Assembly (NCBI GenBank): GCA_045595845.1
Contig: JAZOBF010000043.1
Location: 8,293-72,292 of the forward strand
DNA length: 64,000 nucleotides
From: Acutalibacteraceae bacterium
Lineage (GTDB): Bacteria; Bacillota; Clostridia; Oscillospirales; Acutalibacteraceae
Direction of reading: 5' to 3'
A program made the position numbers and the translations under genes. Below the pieces are notes generated by a model, which ran no database searches, had not been told where the DNA came from, and was given only the letters and a program-made list of their open reading frames with translations. Below, one piece after another: positions 35,152 through 44,303 of the stretch; the first letter of the stretch is position 1; the number at the start of each line of letters is the position of its first letter.

Positions 35152-36546
35152 ATGAAAGTTTACAACACAATGGCGAGAGAAAAAGAAGAACTCGTCACAC
35201 TCGAACCCGGAGTTGTTCGGATTTACGCTTGTGGTCCGACTGTATACAACTATATCCACATTGGCAATGCGCGCCCGCTTTGCGTGTTTGATGTATTGCG
35301 TCGGTATCTGGAATGGCGGGGATATACCGTCAAGTTTGTGCAGAACTTTACCGATATTGACGATAAAATCATTCGCCGCGCCAACGAGGAGAATGTGGCG
35401 TATGATGTGATCGCCGAGCGGTACATCGAGGAATTTTGGAAAGATGCGAAGGGGCTTGGTGTGCGGGAAGCGACCGTGCACCCGCGTGCGACTGAAAACA
35501 TGGGCGAGATTATCGACATTATTCGCACTTTGGAAGAAAAGGGTTACGCCTACAAAGCCCAAAACGGGGATGTGTATTTCCGCACCCGTAAGGACGAGGG
35601 CTACGGCAAGTTATCCCACCAACCCATTGACGATTTGGAGTCAGGGGCACGCATTGGTATCGGCGAAGAAAAAGAAGATGCGTTGGATTTTGCACTTTGG
35701 AAAGCGGCAAAACCGGGCGAACCGTATTGGGAGTCGCCGTGGAGCGAGGGACGCCCCGGCTGGCACATTGAGTGTTCCGCTATGGCGCGCCGCTATCTTG
35801 GTGAGTCGATTGATATTCATTGCGGCGGTCAGGATTTAATTTTCCCCCACCACGAAAACGAGGTGGCACAGAGCGAATGCTGTAACGGTGCGCCGTTTGC
35901 GCGTTATTGGATGCACAACGGCTATATCAATGTGGATAACAAGAAAATGTCGAAATCTCTCGGCAATTTCTTTACGGTGCGCGATGTAGCGGAGAAGTTT
36001 GGATACGAACCGATTCGGTTTTTCCTGATTTCTTCTTCTTATCGCAGTCCGATTAACTATAACAACGAAAGCATCGAACAGGCAAAAGCGGCATTAGATC
36101 GGTTGTACAATTGCCTCAACGCACTCGAATTTGCGCTTAAAAATGCGCCCGCAGGTGAAGCGGATGCGGCGGTACTGGCATTTTGTGACAAACGCCGCGA
36201 ACAATTTATTGAGGCAATGGACGACGACCTGAACACAGCAGACGGCATTTCCGCCGTGTTTGAACTTGTCAAAGACTGCAACTTGATGATTGCCGACGGA
36301 CAACCGAGCGAAGGCAGTTGTAAAGCGGCTTTGTCGCTGTTTAAAGAGCTGACCGAAGTATTGGGCTTGTTATACAACCGCCGTGAAGACGGTGATGATT
36401 CGGATATTGAAGCGATGATTGAACAGCGCCGTGTCGCGCGTGCGGAGAAAAACTGGGCGGAATCCGATCGTATTCGTGATGAACTCAAAGCAATGGGCGT
36501 TGTGGTGGAAGATACACCGCAAGGCATGAAATGGCACCGCGTATGA
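35152..36546 (+). CDS. cysS: Cysteine--tRNA ligase
   Basis: HIGNARP (HIGH) and KMSKSLGN (KMSKS) motifs. Confidence 0.97.
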   Translation: MKVYNTMAREKEELVTLEPGVVRIYACGPTVYNYIHIGNARPLCVFDVLRRYLEWRGYTVKFVQNFTDIDDKIIRRANEENVAYDVIAERYIEEFWKDAKGLGVREATVHPRATENMGEIIDIIRTLEEKGYAYKAQNGDVYFRTRKDEGYGKLSHQPIDDLESGARIGIGEEKEDALDFALWKAAKPGEPYWESPWSEGRPGWHIECSAMARRYLGESIDIHCGGQDLIFPHHENEVAQSECCNGAPFARYWMHNGYINVDNKKMSKSLGNFFTVRDVAEKFGYEPIRFFLISSSYRSPINYNNESIEQAKAALDRLYNCLNALEFALKNAPAGEADAAVLAFCDKRREQFIEAMDDDLNTADGISAVFELVKDCNLMIADGQPSEGSCKAALSLFKELTEVLGLLYNRREDGDDSDIEAMIEQRRVARAEKNWAESDRIRDELKAMGVVVEDTPQGMKWHRV

Positions 36547-37082
36547 AAAAACAGTTTGTAAAATCACTGCTATATGCCGCGTTGACCATCGGTTTTTTGG
36601 TTTTCATCGGTATGTATCATACCGGCTTGCATAAAATTGATCAAATTGATGTATCCTATTTCAGGGCACAACGATTGATTTTTATTATCGGCGCCGTACT
36701 GCTTGGTATCGGCATATCCATTCGCAAGATTCACAAAGCCGATGCATGGTTTTTATCGTTGCTGGGCGGAGGACTGCTATGTGCGTTTGTGGTGTTGTTT
36801 TTATCGTTCGGCGGTTTGTCCGGGGCATTTGATGCTATCGGTTACGCGGCGGCGAATGCACAACTCGTGATTCTGGACACAGCGGCGATCGCTTGTTTTG
36901 TGCGGTGTGCGGTACTCAGCGGCGGATTGCGTGAGGCGGCCGCGCCGCAGAAATGGGTAGCGCGGCTGACCTGTGCTGTACTCGCCGTGGTCATGGTGTG
37001 CCTTATCATTACGGGAACCGGTATCCGATTTGCGCAGTATGATGAAACGGCGTCGGAGGGGTACGGGTATACCGAGTGTTAA
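36543..37082 (+). CDS. Hypothetical polytopic membrane protein
   Basis: ATGA overlap with the cysS stop. About 5 hydrophobic helices. No family recognised. Confidence 0.5.
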   Translation: MKKQFVKSLLYAALTIGFLVFIGMYHTGLHKIDQIDVSYFRAQRLIFIIGAVLLGIGISIRKIHKADAWFLSLLGGGLLCAFVVLFLSFGGLSGAFDAIGYAAANAQLVILDTAAIACFVRCAVLSGGLREAAAPQKWVARLTCAVLAVVMVCLIITGTGIRFAQYDETASEGYGYTEC

Positions 37083-37093
37083 GGGGATAGGAT

Positions 37094-37312
37094 ATGTTCT
37101 CAAAAGCAGAATCCATTACGATGCAGTTATCCGGAGTGCACGATGTTGCCACACAAAAGGCGGCGGTGCAGGCACTTAAGGGAATAAACGGTGTGCGTAC
37201 AGTATCGGTTGACCGACGGCGTGCGGTGGCAGATGTCACTTTCTTTCCGGAAAAGACCACCGTGTCGGCGCTGACGCAGGCGTTGGCAGATGCCGGCTTT
37301 TCGGTAATATGA
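37094..37312 (+). CDS. HMA (heavy-metal-associated)-like domain protein lacking the CxxC site
   Basis: 72 aa with a ferredoxin-like pattern: ..GV..V.VD......V.F......L..AL.DAGFSV. The position of MxCxxC reads LSGVHDVAT. Confidence 0.5.
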   Translation: MFSKAESITMQLSGVHDVATQKAAVQALKGINGVRTVSVDRRRAVADVTFFPEKTTVSALTQALADAGFSVI

Positions 37313-37313
37313 C

Positions 37314-37350
37314 AAAAACGAACCGCTCTCAATACGAGAGCGGTTCGTTT
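37314..37350. terminator. Bidirectional intrinsic terminator
   Basis: CGAACCGCTCTC-AATA-(C)GAGAGCGGTTCG with flanking A-run and T-run. Confidence 0.85.
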
Positions 37351-38299
37351 ATTGCAATTGAGCATACGATTCACGCAAGGTTTCACAAGAAGCGTGAAAC
37401 AGTGCCTGTTCCTCATCATTTAAAACCATCTCATGAATTCGCCGTACGCCGTTGTGGCAAATCACACAGGGAACACCCACAAACACATCGTGTTCCCCAT
37501 ATTCTCCCAGCAGCTTGGCGGAGACGGTCAACACGCTGTTTTCATCTCCCAAAATGGCTTTTGTAATGCGTACCAAGGACATACCGATTCCGTAATAGGT
37601 AGCACTTTTGGCGCGAATGATTTTTTGCGCGGCATCACGCACCTCGTTTTCCACGCGGCGCAGCTCCTCCCAACTGCTGTACCCTTGCGGCGGATCGGTA
37701 CAAATATCCGCGAGCGGGCGGGTGGCAATGGTAGCGCGCGACCAAGGCACGAACTCGCTGTCGCCGTGTTCGCCGATGACATACGCATGAACATTCCGCG
37801 GGTCAACCGATAACAAGTCCCCCAGCAAATACCGCAATCGCGCGGTGTCGAGTGCGGTGCCGCTTCCGATCACACGGCGCGGGTTGAAACCTGACATACT
37901 GCAGGCGATTTGTGTCATAATATCCACCGGATTGGTAGCGACTAAAAAAATGCCGTTAAATCCCGAACGAACCACGGGGCCGACAATGGACGAAAACACT
38001 TCGGCATTTCGGCGCAACAGATCTAACCGTGATTCGCCGGGCTTTTGTGCGACACCGGCGCAGATGACGACAATATCCGCGTTTTCACAATCATGGTAAT
38101 CGCCCGCATAGATACGCATGGCGGAAGAGGCAAATGCCAGACCGTGGTTTAAATCCATCGCCTCGCCTTCCGCGCGCTCGCGGTTTTTATCAATGAGCAC
38201 CAGCTCGTCGCATACACCTTGATTGAGCAGAGCGTATGCGTAACTCATACCGACCATTCCCGTACCGACAAGTACGATTTTACGATTATCTCGAGCCAT
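37349..38299 (-). CDS. ldh: L-lactate dehydrogenase
   Basis: KIVLVGTGMVGMSYAY Rossmann motif and GEHGDSE. AGGAGGG RBS before the ATG at 38299. Confidence 0.92.
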   Translation of the reverse strand: MARDNRKIVLVGTGMVGMSYAYALLNQGVCDELVLIDKNRERAEGEAMDLNHGLAFASSAMRIYAGDYHDCENADIVVICAGVAQKPGESRLDLLRRNAEVFSSIVGPVVRSGFNGIFLVATNPVDIMTQIACSMSGFNPRRVIGSGTALDTARLRYLLGDLLSVDPRNVHAYVIGEHGDSEFVPWSRATIATRPLADICTDPPQGYSSWEELRRVENEVRDAAQKIIRAKSATYYGIGMSLVRITKAILGDENSVLTVSAKLLGEYGEHDVFVGVPCVICHNGVRRIHEMVLNDEEQALFHASCETLRESYAQLQ

Positions 38300-38346
38300 A
38301 AAAAATCCCTCCTGCACGATAGTATGTGTAGGAGGGATAAAAATAC

Positions 38347-39231
38347 TCAGTTTGCTTGTACGGACAGGGTATATTCCCGCGGTGTCATGCCGGTGGCCTG
38401 CTTAAAATGACGGGAGAAATATTGTACGGATGTATACCCGAGACGGTCTGCAATCTGGGTGATATTCCCATCACTTTCTCTGAGTAAAATTTTGGCTTGA
38501 TCAATTTTTAACATACGGTAGTATTCCATGACGCCCCGACCGGTGACGGTCTTGAAAATCCGTTTGAGATTGGTGGCACTTTGGGCGGAATAACGACAGA
38601 TTACGGAGAAAGACAGGTTATCACTTAAGTGGTCTTCCATGTACGCGATAATACGGTTGACCAAATCGTTGTCGGAACGGGTTTTGATGGAGGAAGACAG
38701 TTTGACGGGTTCATTCTCTAAGGCGGTATCACGAATCATATCGATGAGCAAGGTTTCCAAATATAAGGTGATCAGTTGCTCGCTGCCGAACGGTGCATCG
38801 GGGTTAAGGTTCATTTGCAGTGTGTACGGATCGCCGAGCGGGCCGTCGAAAGCGCGTCGCCCTTCTTCGATGATGCGGGCGAGAAGTTCGCGTTGCCGCG
38901 TGGTAAAACAGGTGATTTTATTTTCAAAAAATGCCATGGCGGGAGACTGACAGACAAAGGAGATGATCACAAGATTCGGCGCAACGGAACCGTTTGCGTA
39001 TAAGTTATGGAATTCATTCGGTTTGTGAAAAATAACTTCGCCTTGTGTCAGTTCAAAGTTTTCGTTTTCCGCCAACACTTCGACGCGACCTTTATCTACA
39101 TACACCAGTTCCCAAAAATCATGCGATTCCCCTTCAAACACATAGTTTTTCGCGTGTTCAAAGTAGTGTACGGTAACGATAGCCTCTACCGCAATTTCAC
39201 GGCGCATAATCGTCGGAACATAGTTGGGCAT
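38347..39231 (-). CDS. AraC-family transcriptional regulator (cupin + HTH)
   Basis: C-terminal AraC HTH ITQIADRLGYTSVQYFSRHFKQATGMTPREY. Confidence 0.85.
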   Translation of the reverse strand: MPNYVPTIMRREIAVEAIVTVHYFEHAKNYVFEGESHDFWELVYVDKGRVEVLAENENFELTQGEVIFHKPNEFHNLYANGSVAPNLVIISFVCQSPAMAFFENKITCFTTRQRELLARIIEEGRRAFDGPLGDPYTLQMNLNPDAPFGSEQLITLYLETLLIDMIRDTALENEPVKLSSSIKTRSDNDLVNRIIAYMEDHLSDNLSFSVICRYSAQSATNLKRIFKTVTGRGVMEYYRMLKIDQAKILLRESDGNITQIADRLGYTSVQYFSRHFKQATGMTPREYTLSVQAN

Positions 39232-39258
39232 CGTGAATGTCTCCTTTCTTACTTATTT

Positions 39259-40392
39259 TTAACCGGTCTTTTCCCGGTATATCCGCGCAACGCGCTTGTT
39301 GATGGCACACAAAATATCGTACGGAATGGTATGAGCAAAACGGGAAAAGCTTTCGACTGAGAGGTCGGTGGTTCCGAACAGGGTGACTGTTGTACCAACT
39401 TCCACCCGCGGAATATCCGTAATATCAATCAGGCATTGATCCATGCACACGCGGCCGATGCCGGGGGCACGATGCCCATTGACGGATACTTCAAAATTGC
39501 CGGAAGCGTGCCACGGTAAGCCATCGGCGTAGCCGATCGGCAAGGTAGCCAGGGTGGTTTCGCGGGGACAGGTGAAGGTGTGACCGTAACTGACGGCGGT
39601 TCCCGCGGGCACGGTCTTGATTTGTGAAACCACGGATTTGAGTGTCATGACAGGACGCAACGGCAGAGGATGCGTTGCGTCGGCAAGCGGGGAAGCTCCG
39701 TACAGCGCGATACCCACACGCACCATATCCAGATGCATATCGGGGAACCGTAAAGCGGCGGCGCTTGCACAACAATGACGCAGAGGGAAGGTAATACCGC
39801 GCGCTTTCAGAGTGTTGATTACATCGGTGAACCGCTTAAACTGCAGGCGGGTGACAGCATCGCTTGTCGGCTCATCTGCTGCGGCGAAATGCGTAAAGAT
39901 ACCGTCTGCGCGCAAATGCGGTAATGAACAGGTGCGAACAATCGCGTCCACGGGGGGGAGCGTATCGTCTTGACAGAAAAACCCGATACGGGACATACCG
40001 GTATCGATTTTCAAGTGAATGCTGACCGTGACACCCGCCGCCGCCGCTGCCTCTTCCAAGGCTTCTGCATAGCAGACATCCAACGCCGTTTGCGTAATGT
40101 TATGGGCGGCGAGTGTAGCCGCATGTTCAGGCGGGGTATACGCAAAAATTAAAATGGGGGCGGTGATACCGTTTTGGCGGAGTTCCAACGCTTCGTCCAA
40201 GTTGGAAACGCCGAAAAAATCCGCATCTGCCAGTTTTTTTGCAACAGCGACGGCACCGTGCCCATAAGCGTCTGCTTTTACGACTGCCATGCAACGGCAA
40301 TCGGGGGATATGTGGCTTTTAAACATCTGATAGTTGGCATGTAGGGCATCTAAATCTACTTCTGCCCAAGTACGGCGTAAAAAGTCGGACAC
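39259..40392 (-). CDS. alr: Alanine racemase
   Basis: RRTWAEVDLDAL and PLP-lysine motif VVKADAYGHG. I prefer GTG at 40392 (after GAAAGGTGG) over the track start at 40521. Confidence 0.88.
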   Translation of the reverse strand: MSDFLRRTWAEVDLDALHANYQMFKSHISPDCRCMAVVKADAYGHGAVAVAKKLADADFFGVSNLDEALELRQNGITAPILIFAYTPPEHAATLAAHNITQTALDVCYAEALEEAAAAAGVTVSIHLKIDTGMSRIGFFCQDDTLPPVDAIVRTCSLPHLRADGIFTHFAAADEPTSDAVTRLQFKRFTDVINTLKARGITFPLRHCCASAAALRFPDMHLDMVRVGIALYGASPLADATHPLPLRPVMTLKSVVSQIKTVPAGTAVSYGHTFTCPRETTLATLPIGYADGLPWHASGNFEVSVNGHRAPGIGRVCMDQCLIDITDIPRVEVGTTVTLFGTTDLSVESFSRFAHTIPYDILCAINKRVARIYREKTG

Positions 40393-40547
40393 AATCACAG
40401 CCACCTTTCCGAAATATACCTTACTCCCGTATTCAGTATAGCGGTTTACCATAAAATAATCAAGAAGAAAATCGTCTGAAAAAGCGTTGCACATGGTGCA
40501 TAGGCATGATATACTGAACAATAGTGATTATAAAAGGTGGTGTGGGA

Positions 40548-42080
40548 ATGAATCCGAAATTACGGGAAAAGACAAGAGAATCTCTTTCCGCGGTTCTCCC
40601 CATTACCGGTATCATGCTGCTTATCAGCATTGTGTTGGTTCCGCTGGACCTTGGAACGATGGTCATGTTTGTTGCGGGAGCGGTTCTGCTCATTTTCGGC
40701 ATGGGATTTTTCCAATTAGGAGCCGAAATGGCGATGACGCCGATTGGTGAGGGTATCGGCGTACAAATGACCAAAACCAAACGGTTTGCGCTGGTGTTGG
40801 TAATTGGTTTCGTCATGGGTATTATTATTACCGTTTCCGAGCCCGATCTTCAGGTTCTGGCAGAACAAGTACCGTCGGTACCGAATTTGACATTGATCTT
40901 AACGGTCGCGTTAGGCGTTGGACTGTTTCTTGCATTGGCGGTTGCTCGTATCAAGTGGAAGATCGACTTGTCACGGTTATTAATCGTTTTGTATGCCGTG
41001 TTGATTACCGCCTCCTTTTTTGTCCCTCGTGAATTTTTGGCGGTTGCGTTTGATTCCGGCGGTGTGACGACGGGCCCGATGACGGTGCCGTTCATTATGG
41101 CAATGGGTGTGGGCTTGGCATCGTTGCGAAATGACCGCGATTCGGCAAGTGACAGCTTTGGTCTGGTCGCTTTGTCCAGTATCGGTCCCATCTTGGCAGT
41201 ACTGGTGCTCGGTTGTTTTTACAAACCAACCGAAGCGGCATATTCGCTGGGTGAGGTGGCGTCGGTCGCAACCACGCGTGATGTGATACGGGTATTTGTT
41301 GAGCAGATGCCCACTTATATTGCCGAAGTGTTGGTGTCACTTTTCCCCATCGCACTTGTATTTCTGTTGTTCCAATTGGCCACGCGCCGCTATCACAGAC
41401 GACAAGTCAAGCGTATCGTCGTAGGTGTTGTTTATACATATATCGGTTTAGTTCTCTTCCTTTGCGGTGTCAATGTCGGGTTTGCACCGGTCGGCGCCTC
41501 GCTCGGCAAGGCGTTGGCGACCTTGCCGTACAACTGGGTATTGGTGCCGATTGGTATGTTGATCGGGTATTATATCGTCAAAGCTGAACCCGCCATTCAA
41601 GTGCTTAACCACCAAGTTGAAAATGTTACGGATGGCGCGATTTCCGTAAAAGCCATGAACCGTTCCATGTCAATTGGTGTGGCAATCAGTATCGGGCTTG
41701 CCATGCTACGCGTGCTGATGGGCATCCCGATTGCTTGGATTGTGGTACCGGGATATATCATCGCACTTACCTTATCGTTGTTTGTACCGAAGATTTTTGT
41801 CGGTATTGCCTTTGACTCGGGCGGTGTTGCCAGCGGACCGATGACCTCGACCTTCTTGTTACCGCTCAGTATCGGGGTGTGTCAGGCACTTGGCGGTGAT
41901 TTGATGACCGATGCATTCGGCGTGGTCGCGCTGGTGGCGTTGACACCGCTGGTGGCGATACAAATCATGGGGCTCATCTATCGTCTTAAAACCGATAAAC
42001 TGCAAAAACGCGCCCTTATGCATCCCGGTCTTACCGCTGACAGCGATGCCATTATTGATTTGGAAGAGGGGGTTCTATGA
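40548..42080 (+). CDS. DUF1538-family polytopic membrane protein
   Basis: AAAGGTGG RBS. Internal duplication with repeated FDSGGV(T/A)(T/S)GPMT motif, which matches my memory of the family hallmark. Confidence 0.7.
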   Translation: MNPKLREKTRESLSAVLPITGIMLLISIVLVPLDLGTMVMFVAGAVLLIFGMGFFQLGAEMAMTPIGEGIGVQMTKTKRFALVLVIGFVMGIIITVSEPDLQVLAEQVPSVPNLTLILTVALGVGLFLALAVARIKWKIDLSRLLIVLYAVLITASFFVPREFLAVAFDSGGVTTGPMTVPFIMAMGVGLASLRNDRDSASDSFGLVALSSIGPILAVLVLGCFYKPTEAAYSLGEVASVATTRDVIRVFVEQMPTYIAEVLVSLFPIALVFLLFQLATRRYHRRQVKRIVVGVVYTYIGLVLFLCGVNVGFAPVGASLGKALATLPYNWVLVPIGMLIGYYIVKAEPAIQVLNHQVENVTDGAISVKAMNRSMSIGVAISIGLAMLRVLMGIPIAWIVVPGYIIALTLSLFVPKIFVGIAFDSGGVASGPMTSTFLLPLSIGVCQALGGDLMTDAFGVVALVALTPLVAIQIMGLIYRLKTDKLQKRALMHPGLTADSDAIIDLEEGVL

Positions 42081-42763
42081 TGGAACGACAGGAATCGTAT
42101 CAAGTGTTGATGTTGATTGTCACCCCCAAATTAGCCGACAAAGCGGCCGATATGTTTCTCAAAAGTGCGCTACCCATTCAATATCGTCTCGGTGCTGAAG
42201 GGACGGCGTCCAGCGAGATTATGGATATGCTGGGGCTTGGCAGTATCGACAAAGGGGTGCTGATCAGCACGGTGCCCAAATCGTTTGGTCGTGTCATGCT
42301 CGATATGCTGCATTCCGAACTTCGCCTTGATGCGGTGAACAGCGGCATCGCGTTCACCATTCCGCTGACGGCGGCGAGTAATCTTTTGATGCGTATGATG
42401 CAAAAAACCGCTGACGAGAGTGCCAACACAAACCAAGGAAAGGGTGAGAACACCATGGCAGGAAGAACACATACCTTAATCGCGGCGATTGTCAATCGCG
42501 GCTTTGGCGGCGAGGTTATGGATGCGGCGCGCACGGCGGGAGCGGGCGGCGGTTCGATCGTGCACAGTCGCAGCATCGGCAGCGAGGACGCCACGACATT
42601 CTGGGGACTCAGCTTACAAGAAGAAAAAGAAATCGTTCTCATTCTTGCCGAGGTGGAAAACAAACTGGCGATTATGAGTGCCGTCAGCGAAAAATGCGGC
42701 ATGCATAGTGAAGCAAACGGACTGGTTTTGTCCCTTCCCATTGATGATGTGATGGGGTTATAA
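42077..42763 (+). CDS. Tandem P-II-like (GlnB-fold) domain protein
   Basis: ATGA overlap with the DUF1538 gene. Two roughly 100-aa halves each resemble the P-II fold (second half LIAAIVNRGFGGEVMDAARTAGAGGGSIVHSRSIG). Confidence 0.6.
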   Translation: MMERQESYQVLMLIVTPKLADKAADMFLKSALPIQYRLGAEGTASSEIMDMLGLGSIDKGVLISTVPKSFGRVMLDMLHSELRLDAVNSGIAFTIPLTAASNLLMRMMQKTADESANTNQGKGENTMAGRTHTLIAAIVNRGFGGEVMDAARTAGAGGGSIVHSRSIGSEDATTFWGLSLQEEKEIVLILAEVENKLAIMSAVSEKCGMHSEANGLVLSLPIDDVMGL

Positions 42764-42770
42764 ATTGATA

Positions 42771-42800
42771 AAAAGCGAGGTGAATCACCTCGCTTTTTTT
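42771..42800 (+). terminator. Intrinsic terminator
   Basis: GCGAGGTGA-A-TCACCTCGC followed by TTTTTTT. Confidence 0.85.
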
Positions 42801-42844
42801 GTTGCTATATCGGGATATACTAATCACACAGGAGGTGATGGGGA

Positions 42845-43084
42845 ATGTCCGATAAAAAGAAAGAGTTGGAAACACCGTTTTTGATGCCGATTGGCGGCTC
42901 ACCCGAGACGGCGGAAGAAATGGTCAACAAATACGGCACCTACGAAATCCAGCCGACAGCTGACAGTGATCATGTCTTTCCCGCGATTGCGCAAGGTTTA
43001 CCGAAAAATTTTGACGAACCGATTGACAAACCGCGTATAAAAGAAATACGCGAGGGAAAGGTTAATGACAAAGAAATACTTTGA
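42845..43084 (+). CDS. Hypothetical 79-aa acidic protein upstream of spoVAE
   Basis: GGAGGTGA RBS 6 nt before the ATG. No family recognised. Confidence 0.5.
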   Translation: MSDKKKELETPFLMPIGGSPETAEEMVNKYGTYEIQPTADSDHVFPAIAQGLPKNFDEPIDKPRIKEIREGKVNDKEIL

Positions 43085-43095
43085 GAGGTGTCCGC

Positions 43096-43461
43096 ATGGA
43101 CTTCATGATGATTATCAAAGCGTTTATTGTCGGTGGCTTGATTTGTGTTGTGGGGCAGCTGCTCATTGATCTGACCAAACTTACGCCGGCGCGAATTCTG
43201 GTTATGTTTGTGACGGCCGGGGTGGCGTTAACGGCGATTGGCGTGTATGAACCGCTGATTAATTTTGCGGGTGCGGGGGCAAGCATACCGCTGACAGGTT
43301 TTGGATATGCGCTTGCCAAAGGCGTGCAAGAGGGAATCGCGGAGCAAGGTTGGCTTGGCATTTTTACGGGTGGATTGACCGGTACGGCGGGCGGCATTGC
43401 GTTTGCGGTCACGGCGGCGTTGCTATGCGGACTGTTTTTCAAATCCAAAGACAAATCATAA
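43096..43461 (+). CDS. spoVAE: Stage V sporulation protein AE (SpoVAEB-like)
   Basis: FIVGGLICVVGQLLIDLTKLTPA...YEPLINFAGAGASIPLTGFG closely resembles B. subtilis SpoVAEB as I remember it. Confidence 0.8.
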   Translation: MDFMMIIKAFIVGGLICVVGQLLIDLTKLTPARILVMFVTAGVALTAIGVYEPLINFAGAGASIPLTGFGYALAKGVQEGIAEQGWLGIFTGGLTGTAGGIAFAVTAALLCGLFFKSKDKS

Positions 43462-43499
43462 AAAACAGCCGGTCGGTGTATTCCGACCGGCTGTTTTTA
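43461..43499. terminator. Bidirectional intrinsic terminator
   Basis: ACAGCCGGTCGG-loop-CCGACCGGCTGT with flanking A-run and T-run. Confidence 0.9.
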
Positions 43500-44303
43500 C
43501 GGTTCATAGTGTTCAAAAATGGGGAGATACTTCTCCGAAAGGGCAACTTTGTGTTGCTCGGGATCGGTGAGCGTCCATACAGCGCCTTGTACGCCCCACA
43601 GTTTTCGCGCCAGTGTCACGCTTAAACGGTGGCGGTCGGAAAATTTATACGCGATAAAATCGGGGCGGGTGAGCAAGTTTGTCAAAAGGTGGGTGAGAAT
43701 GAATTTCGAGATACCCGACAATTTTTCCTCACTGCCGATGAAGTTTTGCGACAATTGCCCGCGCACAACAGAGGGATACCGCTTTTTAAGATGCCACAGG
43801 CACCGCGGATCAAACGACTCGATACAGAAAGCACCGTGATAGTGAGACAGTTGTTTCATCGCGGCATCTGCCAGAGCCGCATGGTTGCCTGCGGCTTTCA
43901 GTTCCACGATCAGCGGTACGGTTCCGTCTAATAGGGACAGTACCTCGCCGAAAGTAGGAATGGTTTCGACGGTGCGGTTCAAGTGATATTGCTTGAGGTC
44001 GGCGGCGGTAAGATCTTCAATTTTGCCGTCCTGCCCTGTCATGCGAATCAGCGTATGATCGTGAAAAACGGCGAGCGTACCGTCCCGTAACAAGTGAATA
44101 TCCAGTTCAATACCATAGCCTTTATCTCGCGCTGCTCTGAACGCGGCCAATGAGTTTTCGGGGCGCGTTTGATTATGTAGACCGCGGTGAGCGTAGACAT
44201 GACCGCGTAAGGCGGTCAGTCCCGTGTGGCGTGTTCTGCCGCCGATGCACAGGACATACAGAATACTGAGTACGAGAAGAATTCCGCAAATCCACTCAAT
44301 CAT
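43497..44303 (-). CDS. Membrane-anchored glycerophosphodiester phosphodiesterase
   Basis: HRG...ENSLAAF...ELDIHL..DG..VVFHD GDPD motifs. One N-terminal TM. The start could be ATG at 44303 (overlapping the MFS stop) or 44357. Confidence 0.8.
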   Translation of the reverse strand: MIEWICGILLVLSILYVLCIGGRTRHTGLTALRGHVYAHRGLHNQTRPENSLAAFRAARDKGYGIELDIHLLRDGTLAVFHDHTLIRMTGQDGKIEDLTAADLKQYHLNRTVETIPTFGEVLSLLDGTVPLIVELKAAGNHAALADAAMKQLSHYHGAFCIESFDPRCLWHLKKRYPSVVRGQLSQNFIGSEEKLSGISKFILTHLLTNLLTRPDFIAYKFSDRHRLSVTLARKLWGVQGAVWTLTDPEQHKVALSEKYLPIFEHYEP

